This document shows, in pieces, positions 14,774 through 35,587 of a stretch of DNA of 64,000 bases. The stretch covers positions 1 through 64,000 of the forward strand of contig JAQGDQ010000230.1 in NCBI GenBank assembly GCA_030141605.1, in the 5' to 3' direction. Source of the stretch: Tubiluchus corallicola (lineage: Eukaryota; Animalia; Priapulida). A program made the translations under genes and the position numbers. The notes beneath the pieces were generated by a model that was not told where the DNA came from, did not search any database, and saw only the letters and a program-made list of their open reading frames with translations. Within the stretch, counting starts at the first letter, position 1; each line of letters opens with the position of its first letter.

Positions 14774-15208
14774 CAGTAAGTCCTTGCTTGTTTGCATCAA
14801 GCAATATCTGGCTGCAAACTTTACACAAGGAATTTTGCCTGCAGCCTGTAGTGACCAGACTAGATAAAATTCCCAAGGTCGCCCAGCACTTGGCTTTGAC
14901 TTTGTTGCAGTGACAGCAGTGTTTAATTTTTAACCGCTGCCTACACTTAAATGTTAATGAAAGAAAAACTGCTAACTAGGTTAGTAAGACATATAGGTGG
15001 TTTCAAGTAAACAGAAAGAAATTAATCAATAGAAACGTGAGCAAAACTCATGAAACCTTTAATTTATATGATTTAAACAACATTGATTTTTGTCTCTAGA
15101 ACATATCTCAGCTCTTTTACATTACTTTTTATGGAAGTCTTGGCATCGTTTAGCGACGTTGTCGCATTTTACTGGAACGCATTTGCGTCATTAAGCGAGG
15201 ACTTACTG
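14774..15208. mobile_element. Tc1/mariner(pogo)-type MITE, degenerate
   Basis: CAGTAAGTCCTTGCTT ... AAGCGAGGACTTACTG|TA inverted termini. Confidence 0.55.
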
Positions 15209-15567
15209 TACTACTGGGAGCTTTGTTATAAGTTGAATCATATTACCGGGATTTGACTGTGTAGTAAAGGTGTAAAAAGATCTTGGAGGAAAGCAGATCC
15301 TTTTTTGCAACAGTGCAGAGCACAGAATGCACAGAACAGGTATTGCAGTGGCCATTTTGTGAAAGCAACACATTAATCACAGAATAATGCAAAGACTGAT
15401 ATTGCTCAATATAAGCTTATCAGAAGCAAAAGTAGCTCAGCATGTGCTCTTACATAAATTGCAAATTTCTGTCATTTGATGGAGTATTAATACTTGTGCA
15501 CACCTTAAATTTATTTAGCAACTATTTGCTAATTTACAAACGATTCCTGTCATGTGGCAAAAGTCTA

Positions 15568-23701
<8,134 letters not shown>

Positions 23702-25451
23702 ATTGACGAAATAGAGACAGAATCTATAAAGAGAACCGGCGGGGGCGTAACGTTTTTTGCTGTGATTAAAGCGCTTCTTCTCTGGGCTCACACGAAAACT
23801 AAAAGGCATTGGGCCTATTAGAATTTGGTATCTCCTCCTGATGTAGAAGGCATTAATCACAAAATTCCATCTGGAGTTTCTTAGTTTCTAATTTATCTTT
23901 TAGTTGTCTTTCGGTTAGACATCTATTTCACTGAATCTTCACACAGTCTACAAAAAAAATTAGCATTATTCTTATAGTTTAATCACTGATCCATTTTCTT
24001 TATTTCTGCTGGAGTTATATTTTGTTCAATGAATCTACAATTTTCGTAATCGATGTTGCTATATTGTTGGTTATTCCTACGAATTCTGTGAGTTAAATTC
24101 AATTTTTTTGTTAATTTAAATATTGTTTCATCCTATTTGCCATATTTATTGTTGGAACTTAATTATAAACTCATTTGAGTTCATTATGTTAATTTCTCCC
24201 CACTTATCATCTTTATTTTTCTTTTCAAAATGTTGATTATTGTTCGCTTGTCTGCATTTGTCAGGTCATATAATCTTCTTTAAATTTGGATAGGGGTGCT
24301 TCACCTAGTGATATATATACAATTCTCGTGGTTTGACATTGCTTCATTGTTTTTACTTCGGTTCTTCTGCTGGATTGAGTTTCTTGATTTATGTGCAATT
24401 TTTAGTTTTGTTTTTGTTGAGTTGGATTTAATTTTCTTCAATTTGGATAGGGGTGGCTGACTTGGTGACCTTTGGTCTTTTTGCCACCCCATTTCTTTTC
24501 TATCTTTATTTTAGTTTTTTGCTTTTGTTTATTTTCATTTTGTAAAACTTAGAGACAAATAAATTATTTACTTTACTTCTCTTGATTTCCATGTTCATTT
24601 GTTTTGTGTAGTTTGACACCAAGATATATTCGTTCAATTATTATATCTGTCATCTGATTATAATTAATTAGTAATAATTATTTATTTCTCAATAAGTTTT
24701 TGGATAAAAAATTAGCATGTGGTAAATCCGATAACGACGTGTGTTCAATAAAACTAAAATAATTTTATATTAAATTTTGGTTTGTCATTTTTATAATTGG
24801 TCCAACAAACTGGGCAACTCTACAGAATTATTTGGTGTCGACTGTGTGTCCATCTGTCTGCCACCATCGTTTTTCAGCGCTGGGGTAGTCAAGGATGCTA
24901 AACCAGAGAGGTCAAACTTTAAATTTTTGGTGCATGCAATCAATAATGGCCAGATCAGTAATTACTATGATCAGTAATCATTATTACTTACGAGCACATG
25001 TTCCATAGCTATCGTCAGACAACAATCAACAGCACATGCAAAAAACCTACACACTGAGTTCCTAATTAACATAACCCACGTGTTCTATCTGTATCTGTCT
25101 ATACCTGACCTCAAATAAATGCCATACTTTAGCTGCCGGTATGCCAATTTCTAAAGACGTTTGGTATAATTTTAATCTTACAAAACGTCAATGTAAAAGA
25201 TACACCAAGGTAGTCTCTATACACATGTCGATCTTTTTGGTGCAACCATGTCTCTCTACTGAGGGCTTTATAGGTTTGCTAATACAATATCAAATTAATT
25301 CTCATAGCACAGTTGCCGCTTCATGTTTTATTGTATTTGTACTTAAATTTTTGTACACTGATAACATTTTTCTGAGCACTTTATATTCAAGTACATGCTC
25401 AGTAGAAGTTTTTTACATACTGGACATTTTAAATCTTAAGCTATGAGTCAA

Positions 25452-25592
25452 TGTGCGTGCAATGCATGATGCGTATTCAGACGATAGCCATCATGTTCGA
25501 GTGAATACATATCATGCATTATGTACACACGGAAACACTTCCACGTGTTTAAATATAAACAGTTGTATAAGCATCATGCATTACGCGCACAT
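25452..25592. repeat. Inverted repeat / short palindromic element
   Basis: ATGTGCGTGCAATGCATGATGCGTAT ... ATAAGCATCATGCATTACGCGCACAT, imperfect ~26-bp arms. Confidence 0.6.
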
Positions 25593-25989
25593 GAATTCAT
25601 CTCTTTATTCAATAAAATATTAATATACTAGATTAAATAAAACAAGAACTAATAATCCATTTCTTATTTAATAGAATTACAAAAATTCCCATTATAGTGC
25701 TGCCTAAGATCATTGAAGCAAGGTAACAAATTTTTACAGTGAAAACTAACATTTTCAGAAAATAATTTCTCTCATAATACATGCAAAAACTTGCATTACA
25801 ATTCCGCAATGTCAATGAATGTTCAAATTTCACAAGTATTAGTAAATTCTTTACATGGTTTTATGATACAAAGCTTTCAAGAATTGCATCACAATTATTG
25901 AAGCATTATTATCATTAAAGTTCTGACTGTTTGTGCCACAATGAAAATGTTTTGGATTTCCTGTTAACAACAAACACATTCACTTCAGT

Positions 25990-28900
25990 TTAACTATTTT
26001 CCTTGCAAACTGCTAATGCACGATCGCGCTCTTCTTCCAACTCACTAATAGCTATTCCAATCTTTTCTTTCGCAAAATCGCCAATCGGTAATCCCTAAAA
26101 ATCAATGACATGTCAAAAAATATCACTACTACATATTTGCAAATCACAGGCACGTGAAAAACACACATATAAGGAACTAATTAAATGCCAATTGCATTAA
26201 AAATACTTTTCGGTGTGATATCTTGTTTCCCATCTTTTACTTTTTAAAAATCAAAGCTACTTCAACATGGTAATTGATTTAGTCATGCATACAGATACTC
26301 AGTAAAAAAGTAGCATTGTAAAAAAATTAAAATATCTGACACAGATAATAACAAAAAAGCTACAATGCCTAACTCAACTTTTTGCAAAACAACTTACCCG
26401 TCTTTGTACTTTATTTACAACTCATTTACTGAATGTCTTTTCCCTTGGCTGTATACCATCTTCAGCAATCACATCTCATACAAAGCTGTGCTGGTTGCAA
26501 ATGTGACTACATTAGCAAGCAGAAAAATACTGTTAAAGCAAATAAACGGGCAAAAAGAATAGCTGAAGTATAATGGTGTGTGCATAGCAACCGAAGTTAA
26601 ACAACTAACAAGCATGGCCAATTAATGGATAGGTAACTGCAAGGAAAGCAGCTACTGAGCAGTTTGCTTTATCAAACAGCCTCTGGCTATTTAACTCATT
26701 AAAAGATGACATATATGAATTTCAAAGTAGCTTCCAGTGACTGTCTCAGCTTAGAAGACTATCTCAATAATGGGCTAGATTCTGGTCCCATCACAATAAA
26801 CCTTTTACTTTAAGTAGGCTGTACCATCTGGTTTACAGGTAGCTCAGTTGCGTAAAAAAATAAGGCTAAGCAAGATGTAATTGTCGAGCAAAGTATGCAA
26901 ATATCACTATAGCTAGTAACAATGCATCACTAGTTTAAAAGTCCATAGTTGTGCCAAATGTGCAGTGGCAAAAAATAATTTTGAATTTATCAAATTCATT
27001 TCTGTACATGTAGGTACAGTTTCTAACAAGGATTGAAAACAGCACTATAATTAAGTTAAAAATGTGTGATTCACTCAGAACAAAATACTACAAAAATAGA
27101 TAACAGTTTACCTGCACAATTTCCCACTCCCCATTGACAACGCTGGTAGGAAAGCTAAAGAATAATCCAAGAGGCACGCCATACGATCCGTCAGATGCTA
27201 CAGCCATACATGCATACTTTCCCGGGGTAGTGCCATGCCACCAATCACGCATGTGATCTGCACAGGCTTTAGCTGCTGAAAAGCCACTAGACAGTTTTCG
27301 AGCAGCAATAACAGCTTCACCACGATGCTGTACTATCTAAACAAAGTCAGACATAATTAATATAAAGATTCGAATCATAACAAGTGAAGTAAAGGCGTAT
27401 TAATACGTAAATCGAAACAACAATTAGGCGGACCAGCATTATAAGGTATGTGCTTCATCTGGGGCAAAAAAGCACAATAGAAATGTGGTAGCATAAAATC
27501 ATTTTACAAGGTATAGAAAGCATGTACATTATTATGTACACATTATCATAACTGTGATAACTTCCACAACACATAGCCTAACAAATATTTCTCAAACAAG
27601 ACTGACATCAGATTAAGTCTTTTTTCCACCCTTCCTCGCTAACAATTAATAACAGTTTGACAAATAAGTTAAAAGTTTAATGTTTCTGTATAATGTTTCT
27701 CAGCATATGATTTGCTAAAGCCACATCTCTGCAAAAATCGAAAACTTGGCAAATAAAAAAGAAAGGAATTGCCAATGGAATTTCTTCCAATGCTCCTAAT
27801 TTTCTTTTTGGCAAAGAACTAAAGTAAATTTAAGAATCTGTGCAGACAAAAGTACTTATAGTATGGTGGTAATTCATTAATTTTTTTCTTTTACTAACTT
27901 TTATCTTTTACTGAGACATACAAATCGACAATACATAATCTGCACAAATCCTGAAATATTCTACTGCAGCAGCAGAAATCTCGTTCGAAACCAAAGTCTG
28001 GTTATAATTGGGGTCACTTGATGATGCCATCGTGTTAATTTAATCGAAAACAAAATCTGGAAATGCCATATTTGGATTTTGCAGATAACTTTGAAAATAA
28101 TATTGAGAAGCATTCTGGATCCAAATTACCTTATGCTGAAAAAGAGCAGAGCAGGAATAACATGGACGTCATAAAGGAAAATGTAAAGCAAAACTCTATA
28201 AAATCAGGTACATTAAAGTTATGATGACTTTTAATTGCTGCATAATTTAATCTAAAAAGAGACTTTTACTCTCCATTCTTGCTGATACAGCTAGAAAACC
28301 AGCATGTATCCTTCAAGGATGCACAACTTCTATAATGAGTCAGGAAATCAAAGCTTGTTAGTTTTTTTTTAGCTAATAACATGGCTTAAAACTTATAATA
28401 CAAAATCTCAAGGAACAACGACATGAGAAAGCTTTAATTTACTGTCAGATATGTGCTACCTAGAACGTAAGACATTTTTATGGCAATCTTACATTCTTTT
28501 ACACTGATGCTACTAGGCTTAAACCTAGTAAATGTGCTTTACTTGGAATATACCCAAAATTTACAACATCTTACTTTCTGAAAAAAGTACAAATACCTGA
28601 AAAAAAGTTGTATCAGAGACTTGGAAGCAATTATTTCCAATGACCGCAATTGTATTCCCATGTGAACCATATCATTGCAAAAACAAATAGTCGTATTGGC
28701 ATGCTCAAGGCTGTATTACATCCAACTGTAATTATTCCTCTTTATAAGGGTTCCACCCATTTTGGAATACGCATCAGTTATATGGTTACCCCAGTATGCT
28801 ACTGTCAAGAACGCACTTGAAAGAACTCAGGATCGATGTACTCGTTTTGCTATTGATTTGGATCTCACTTCAATTTTCACTCTCGAGCAAAAGAGTGAGA

Positions 28901-31900
28901 CTGCAGACCCTGTGAACTGTTTCCAAATAATTAATAGAAACACTATTCTGTCAGAGACACACTTTTCTCCAGGCCTCACAGAGTTCTTCCTGGTCATGAG
29001 TCCAAGTTATTTGTGCAACCAGCTAGAACCAATATTAGATCTCACTTTTTTGGGCATCGCATAATTCAGCCATGACATCGTCTTCCATAATCAACCATCA
29101 GTGATTCACAGTCAACAGTTTCAAAGGCGTTAGAGAGAGGACTGCTTGCAGATAGTTACCAGCCATGTCTTTATTTCTTTGGAGAAGATATAAAGTAGCA
29201 AGCCTTTCTTCACGGAATGTTTGAAAGAAGTACATATTTGGATCTTCTGTCATTTGAGACAGCTTCTCATGGGTATAGATAATCACAAAGTTCTTCCAAT
29301 GGACAGACAGATAGTAATCGATCCTGACATATTCCAAGTGGGTGAACTCCATGGCTTTGCAAAAGCGATTTGAGATAAGAACATGTTTAATAAGGTAGTA
29401 TAAATAAGAAACTTACATACCTTGTAACTTTATGATAAATGTTTGGGCTTACTATTTACCTTGATAAAGTCATTGTGCAGCCAATTAATGTCATTAACAG
29501 CTTCATACGCAGAAAACAAAGTGCCATCTTTCCTGACTGTAGCATGGCTTGCATCCGGGTACTGAGTAGGGGAGTGATTTCCCCAAGTGAGAACATTGTT
29601 CACATCTGATGTTGATACTCCACAACGTACAGCTATCTTCAAGTACCAAAATTTGATTGACGTGTTAGTATCTTAATAGTAAAGTAGTCCTGAAATTCTT
29701 GTGCTAGATATATGAGTAAGAATTCTCTTCATTTTTCAGCAAACATAGACATTTAAAACAGCATATTTTAGATCACATGTAGTCTTCATTTCAAGATTAT
29801 TTATTAACTAGTTGGCTATTGTTTCTGACTGTGCCAAAAACAGAAGATTTTGCCATTTTATGTTCTGATAGAGTTCAGAGTGGTATTGTTTTCCCAGTCA
29901 AGGTTTGAGTTTCACAACCGTCGCATGTATATTCTCAAACTTTGTTTGAATTATTTGTAATTTAAGGTTATAAGGAAAACTGGCACATGCCAAATAAACT
30001 TGACTCTATCAAACAAGGTCAACAAAATTAGCACTTACAATAGGTGTTCATGCCGCAAATTACACAGCTCCCAGTCTTCATTTTGGAGCCAGTAAAGCAT
30101 ACAGCAGAAAATGATAAACCTTTAGTGACCTGGATTCTTTGGTCCAAGGTCACAGAATGCTTCAGCACTATTTCAGTTATTATTCCAGGTTCCTACAAAA
30201 CAACTTTCTTGACTCTAGCTCCCATACTTTTCTGGTGATTGCCATGACCCTGCAATTGACTTGGCCAAGCCTACTTTTTGAAAATTACTTAGTGCACATC
30301 TTACCTAGCTATCCATACATGCAAAAATATAAGCTTCTAGTCTAATACTGTAAGAGAAATTGAATGACAAATCCATTTGTCTTAATTTTCAAATAGCTGC
30401 TCTAAAAGTGGTGATCTTTGACCCAGAGGTCGCCATTCAAACATCACTATATGAGCACCTATTTCAGGTGCCAAATGTGCAAATTTCATGAGTCGACCTC
30501 TTACACTTACGAAATTACTGACATAACTCAGTTTTAACATTTTCGCCTTTGTCACATTACCTGACCATGCCCGCATTTGCAAAAAACTTAATGCACAGCT
30601 ACCCTAGCTTGGCAGCCCACACATACAAAAATATGCATTTCTAATCCTATACTGTAAGAAAAATTGACTGACAAAAGCCATTTTGTCCTAATTTTAACAT
30701 TTTGGCTTTTATCTCGGGCCGTTAAAGAATGTAATTTTTTAAAACTCCAGGTACACATCTACCCAACAATACCAAAATACATGTACTTTTGAAAAATATC
30801 AGTTTAACTCTAATTCCTACGAGGAGTCGATGTTCAAAGCCATTTAGCCCTGATTTTCACATTTTGACTCCTATTTCAGGTCTCCGAAAAATTCCACGTG
30901 CAGATCAATCTAATAATACCTAAATACTTGTAAAATAATTTTTCAATTTATTTTAAGGCTATAAGAGCAGTTGATATAAAAAAAATTTCCCTGATTTACG
31001 CATTTTGGCTCCTATTTCGGGGCCTTCAATAAACAAAGTTTTAGCAACACCAGGTGCACATCTACCTAACAAAATCTAAATACCGGTCAAAAAATTTTTC
31101 ATTGTGTCTCAGAACCCTAGAAGGAGATGCAGTTCAATCGAAACAAAACTATAGGATGCCCACAGCTCATGACCATTTGACCCAAGTCAAACCATTAGGG
31201 CTGACACGAGTCAAAACGTAAGCTGTAGATTTCCCAGATTTGGTTACCTTCTTCAAATCTTACAATGGACTTTTCCTCCACACACACCATACTAATCATG
31301 CTCACATTTGCTTTTATAGGCACAACAGTCTTTCAAGAAATAAATGAATAGATAGAGGAATGTGAGACACTCAGATATCTTGTCTATTCCAAGGCTTTTC
31401 TGACAGTTTTACAGAAAGAAGTTAAACGCAGTCACCAGACAAACAAATCAATACATTTACCTGTGCCTGTGCACGATTCTGATCCAGTCGAGTCAGTGAG
31501 GAAATGTTTTTAAGTGGAATTAATGGTGCATACTTGGAGCAAATGAATGCATTCGTATTGGCTGGGTTACTAACAACAAGTATCTGAAATATTTAAAGAA
31601 AAAAACCATCAATTATGTAATTTGAAACTGCATCATATAAATGCTTAGATTTGTGTGACTATAATAAAATAAAACATAAATTTTAATAAAGAACGTTGAC
31701 CTAATTTTCAATACGTACTGGATATCAACATAAATGTTGAAATAACTGTTAATGACCACATAAATTTAGAAGCTGACTCTGTGAATCAGTATTTTGTTGC
31801 CTTTGTTTAGCACTTAATTCAACATTCACGGCAAGCAGAGTATTCTTAATTTTACTGAACGAGATTTTGTGTCAAGAATTATAGGAAGTAACTAGGCCTG

Positions 31901-34900
31901 CAGAGAATACATTACTGAGCTACATGGCTGCTCAAGACATCATCAACTATTGTTTCAAATTATTAACCATTAAATGTAACACATTTACATACTCAGCAAA
32001 AGCAATCTACAGAGAGAGTATAACTGATGACGTCATAACAATATGTATGAATCATTATACAGTAGGCGCCACTTAATAGACTCACTTTGGGACCGAAGTG
32101 TTTTCACCCAATAAACCGACTGAACCTATTAACCGATGGTTGTAGTATTACCACTATGCTCATACCAGGTGGAGCAGATGGTGATAGGCTTATCTCTTGC
32201 AACGTAGTGGGAATTGAATCGCAAGTGAATCGGGCATGATATTGCTCCATAACATAGCCAGTAAATGCAGTGTGTTGAGGCTGTTTTTTAGCCAGGTTCA
32301 TTTGCGCTTAATTGATCAGCGGGATCGTCCGAATCCATTGCTTCTAACACTCTTGCACGCATTTCGCCCGCAATACTGGCTGCTTACTGTACCTGCATCT
32401 TTGACTGTTAACTGATTGAGTGTGAAAGCGTGATTTGCAACGAGAGCTTCAAAAGGAAACCGCTAGACAAGTGGTCAAATGTTTAGCTTCCAGAAATTCC
32501 TGGGCAACGAGGCTAATTGCAGTGGACGAGCGGGTAACAGATTCAAAGCAAAACCGCTACGCTAGCATATTAGCACATGATAAACGTACCTGCTTACAAA
32601 CAAAACGGTACTTAACATGATCGTTTCTACTTATATTATGGTGTACAAAAGCCAAGTAAAGATGATGACATAGAAGTAGAAAAGGCTCTTTGGGCACATA
32701 CAAATGTCTTATTTTAAGTAGGTGAAGGAAAAATATTGAGTCAATTATGCAGAGTTATTTGAGTCAATTACAGACAGTTTTTATGTAAATTTGAATAGAA
32801 GCGGCCTGTACCAGGCGTTTTTGAGTCAATTAAGCGATTGAGTCTATAAACCGTGAATCTATTAAGCGGCACCTACTGTAGTTTCCAAGCGAGAATTTCC
32901 TGAAATAAAATCTTGTAATAATGCTGTGTTCAAGTGTATTTGGAAACTCGGAAGTTTTAAGCTTCAACTTCAGAAAAACTGTTTTTCACGCTACACACCT
33001 TGGAATTACAAGTTGGCCATTCCAGAAAAAATAGTATGCTGAGTTACGTCACTACTGGTGGGTTATGGGACAATTAATCACATTTTTACCACCATCGTAC
33101 ACGATTACATGGTGCTATTTTTTCAGTGGAAAACTGGAATTAGTTTTTTTGTGTGTGGAAATGTTATGATATTTTCTGAATATTGTAAAATAAAAAGAAA
33201 AGCAAGCACGAAAATAATAGTTTGTAAGAAATAACAGAAGCACACAAACAATTTTTGAAAAAAATTCATCTGGTAAGCAATAAATGGCTCTGTACTGGTA
33301 CCACGTACAGGTGTTTTTTGTGTTTGTGCAGTCGCAGTCATAGTAACAGCTATGTGCCGGTGCTAGTCTGACCTGTACAGAAGACATTTTTAAAACAACC
33401 AGTGGACTTCTATAACATTGAAAGCTTTTTCGGGTTCTCAGCTTAGGCAAGTAACTTTCAAAAGTTTGATGCAAAAATGAAAGATTAAAGAATCTTCTCA
33501 CATAAAACTAATAGATGCTGATGTCCATTCGCTTTAATGTTAGAAAATAAACACTTGAACAGTCTCTATTTTGCACTGTTGTCACACTGCAAAAATGAAG
33601 AAGTAACAGTGTTTGGCTGAATTTCAAGTGAAATACTTTAGTTAAAGAATTTATACACACTTTGCATGTATTCTTGGCATATTGATTGAGGGCTTTCGCA
33701 TGCCTTTTGACGATTCTGACATTGCTGGTTAGCAGATCTTGTCTCTTCATACCTCGTCTGCGACGAGCTGACGCAAGAAGAAAAGCAGCATCAACATCGG
33801 TAAACGCAACCTGTTCATCACAGGTAGCTATGATGTCTATTAACAGAAAACAAACTCCTTTCCAGATAAGTAAATTTAATAATGCTTTTCTTGACTACTA
33901 CTATAGAAATAGTTTAGTATTATTTATAAGTTTCTTACAAAAAAAATGTACAATAAAGTAAGATTATATTAATGTACAAAATTCAGTCTGACTTAAAAGT
34001 TATTCAAAATTCAAGTTATCCCTGCTAAGTTAGTTATCAGAGCATCATACATGGTACAAACAAAAATACTATACAAAATCTGGGAAAAATATAAAAAAGG
34101 AAAGCAAACATCAGCCATTTAAATCAGGCCAGATGAAAAAATCTAACTTCTAGATTTATACCTAGCAGCAATGGCATGCCGCAGTCTACTAACTCCTTAA
34201 TTAGTTCACCAAGAAAAGTAGCATTTCTTTTAGCATCCTGTAGTGTTAAAACTATGGGCTGCAAAAAAAATCCTGTTGTAGTAGCTTAATGCTGTCACAC
34301 AGAATACATTTCACTTCTTGAATTCAGTTAATCACTCAGCATTTGGTAAGTACAACATAATTGACGCAAAAGTAAAAAACGTATAATGGTATATATTAAT
34401 ATATACATATATATGTTGTGCAGAAAACTGCAAATCAGTCACAACAGTCAGTAACAATAGCCACCTAAAATAAACAAAGTTGATACCTGAACAAAAACTT
34501 GTAATTGTCCTTAAAGGAAAAAATTAGATAACCACAGAAAACGATATTGTAATCATAACAATATAGTCCAAAAAACTAATAATGTAGGGTTGTGGGCTCC
34601 TGTGTACATTACCTGATGTTTGCCAAAAATATCTCCTGTTGCTATCATGTACAAAAGTGAGTAGCTGACCTGCCCTGCAGCTCCTGTTACAACAACTTTA
34701 ACAGGCTTCTGGTGTCTCTGTAAATACAATTTGGCAATATAAAGGACCCAGCAAGGCCTTCAATTTACAGTACTTAGTTTTAATGTATCTGTAGGCACAT
34801 GAGTATGAAATTGTTAGGGTTAGTAGAAAATAAGAAAAAGTATAATTATGAAGTGAGAGCATGGCCGAGTAGTCAAATGCAGAGGCTAGTCAGATGATGG

Positions 34901-35587
34901 ATAAATGAAACAGTTCCATACTCATTTGCCATATTAAATCTGGCCATTAACCTCATAAAGTGAGGATATATTCACATCCGGACATAGCCAAGACATCACT
35001 GCTGGTTTGGTGGCTCATCTTAGAAGCATAGCCTTGATAATGAGTCTTATTCCAATCTTGCCACTACCTTAATTCCAATGAAAGCAGGACATGCTTTTGA
35101 AAACTGAATGCTGGATTCTAGTTTGCAGTGTTCCAAATTGCATAAAAAATGTCACCGTATTGACATGTTGTGTACACATTACAATGCAAGCTTTGTGAAA
35201 TGTTCAGTTATTGTGATTTATAACTACTCATAATTTCTTTCACGCTTTTATGTTGCAAGGCCAAAGTCTGAACTCAAGTGAGAAGAGAACTTAAGCTTAA
35301 TTAACGTCAAGCTTGAATAAACACAATTTCAATGCAACTCTTCTAACACAAATCTTCACTCAACACCAGACTGCTGCCATTAAAAAAAGAAAATTGTTGC
35401 TCCATTCAAGATGCTGCTAAAAGGTTAACAGGTTACCACGAAGTCTTGAAGAATCCTGGTGTGGTGAGAAAGTACAATATTATTAAAGTGCAAACAAGAA
35501 AGGGTGTATAACAAAATTATCTTATCCAAGAAGATTAGGTGAAAAAGCAGTTACAAAGTGCTAACTTACAATTAAACTACATTCCAT
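25990..35587 (-). CDS. Divergent cytosolic malate dehydrogenase paralog (MDH1-like tandem duplicate); start exon tentative
   Basis: Exons 35587-35570 (MECSLI, tentative), 34717-34613, 34258-34162, 33836-33661, 31583-31461, 29636-29460, 27336-27112, 26094-25990 (TAA). Internal exon sizes 105/97/176/123/177/225 are identical to the neighbouring MDH1. No stops or frameshifts. Motifs [33 protein letters not shown]. Confidence 0.9.
28400..29140 (+). mobile_element. Decayed CR1/L2-type LINE 3' fragment (boundaries approximate)
   Basis: Residual peptide [12 protein letters not shown]...[13 protein letters not shown] resembles the CR1/L2 RT C-terminal RPxLEYAxxVWxP...LERVQRRATR; multiple disruptions. 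Confidence 0.6.
30250..31230. repeat. Interspersed repeat with diverged internal direct repeats (boundaries approximate)
   Basis: Recurrent blocks TGCACA-CT-ACCTAGCT...ATACTGTAAGA-AAATTGA-TGACAAA-CCATTT (about 30291 and 30591), CCAGGTRCACATCTACC (30747 and 31050), CATTTTGRCTCCTATTTC. Confidence 0.5.
32060..32878. mobile_element. Tc1/mariner(pogo/Tigger)-type MITE, family A copy 1
   Basis: TA|CAGTAGGCGCCACTTAATAGACTCAC ... GTGAATCTATTAAGCGGCACCTACTG|TA; long internal identity to 62472-63373. Confidence 0.85.

Noticed and set aside
29411-29459. Alternative donor AAG|GTATGT ~40 nt downstream of the paralog exon ending at 29460
   Set aside because: The extension contains an in-frame stop, and the proximal donor matches the MDH1 exon size.
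25990-34717. MDH paralog as an assembly or haplotype duplicate, or a pseudogene
   Set aside because: Introns are unrelated and exons strongly diverged from MDH1, yet all frames and splice sites are intact.
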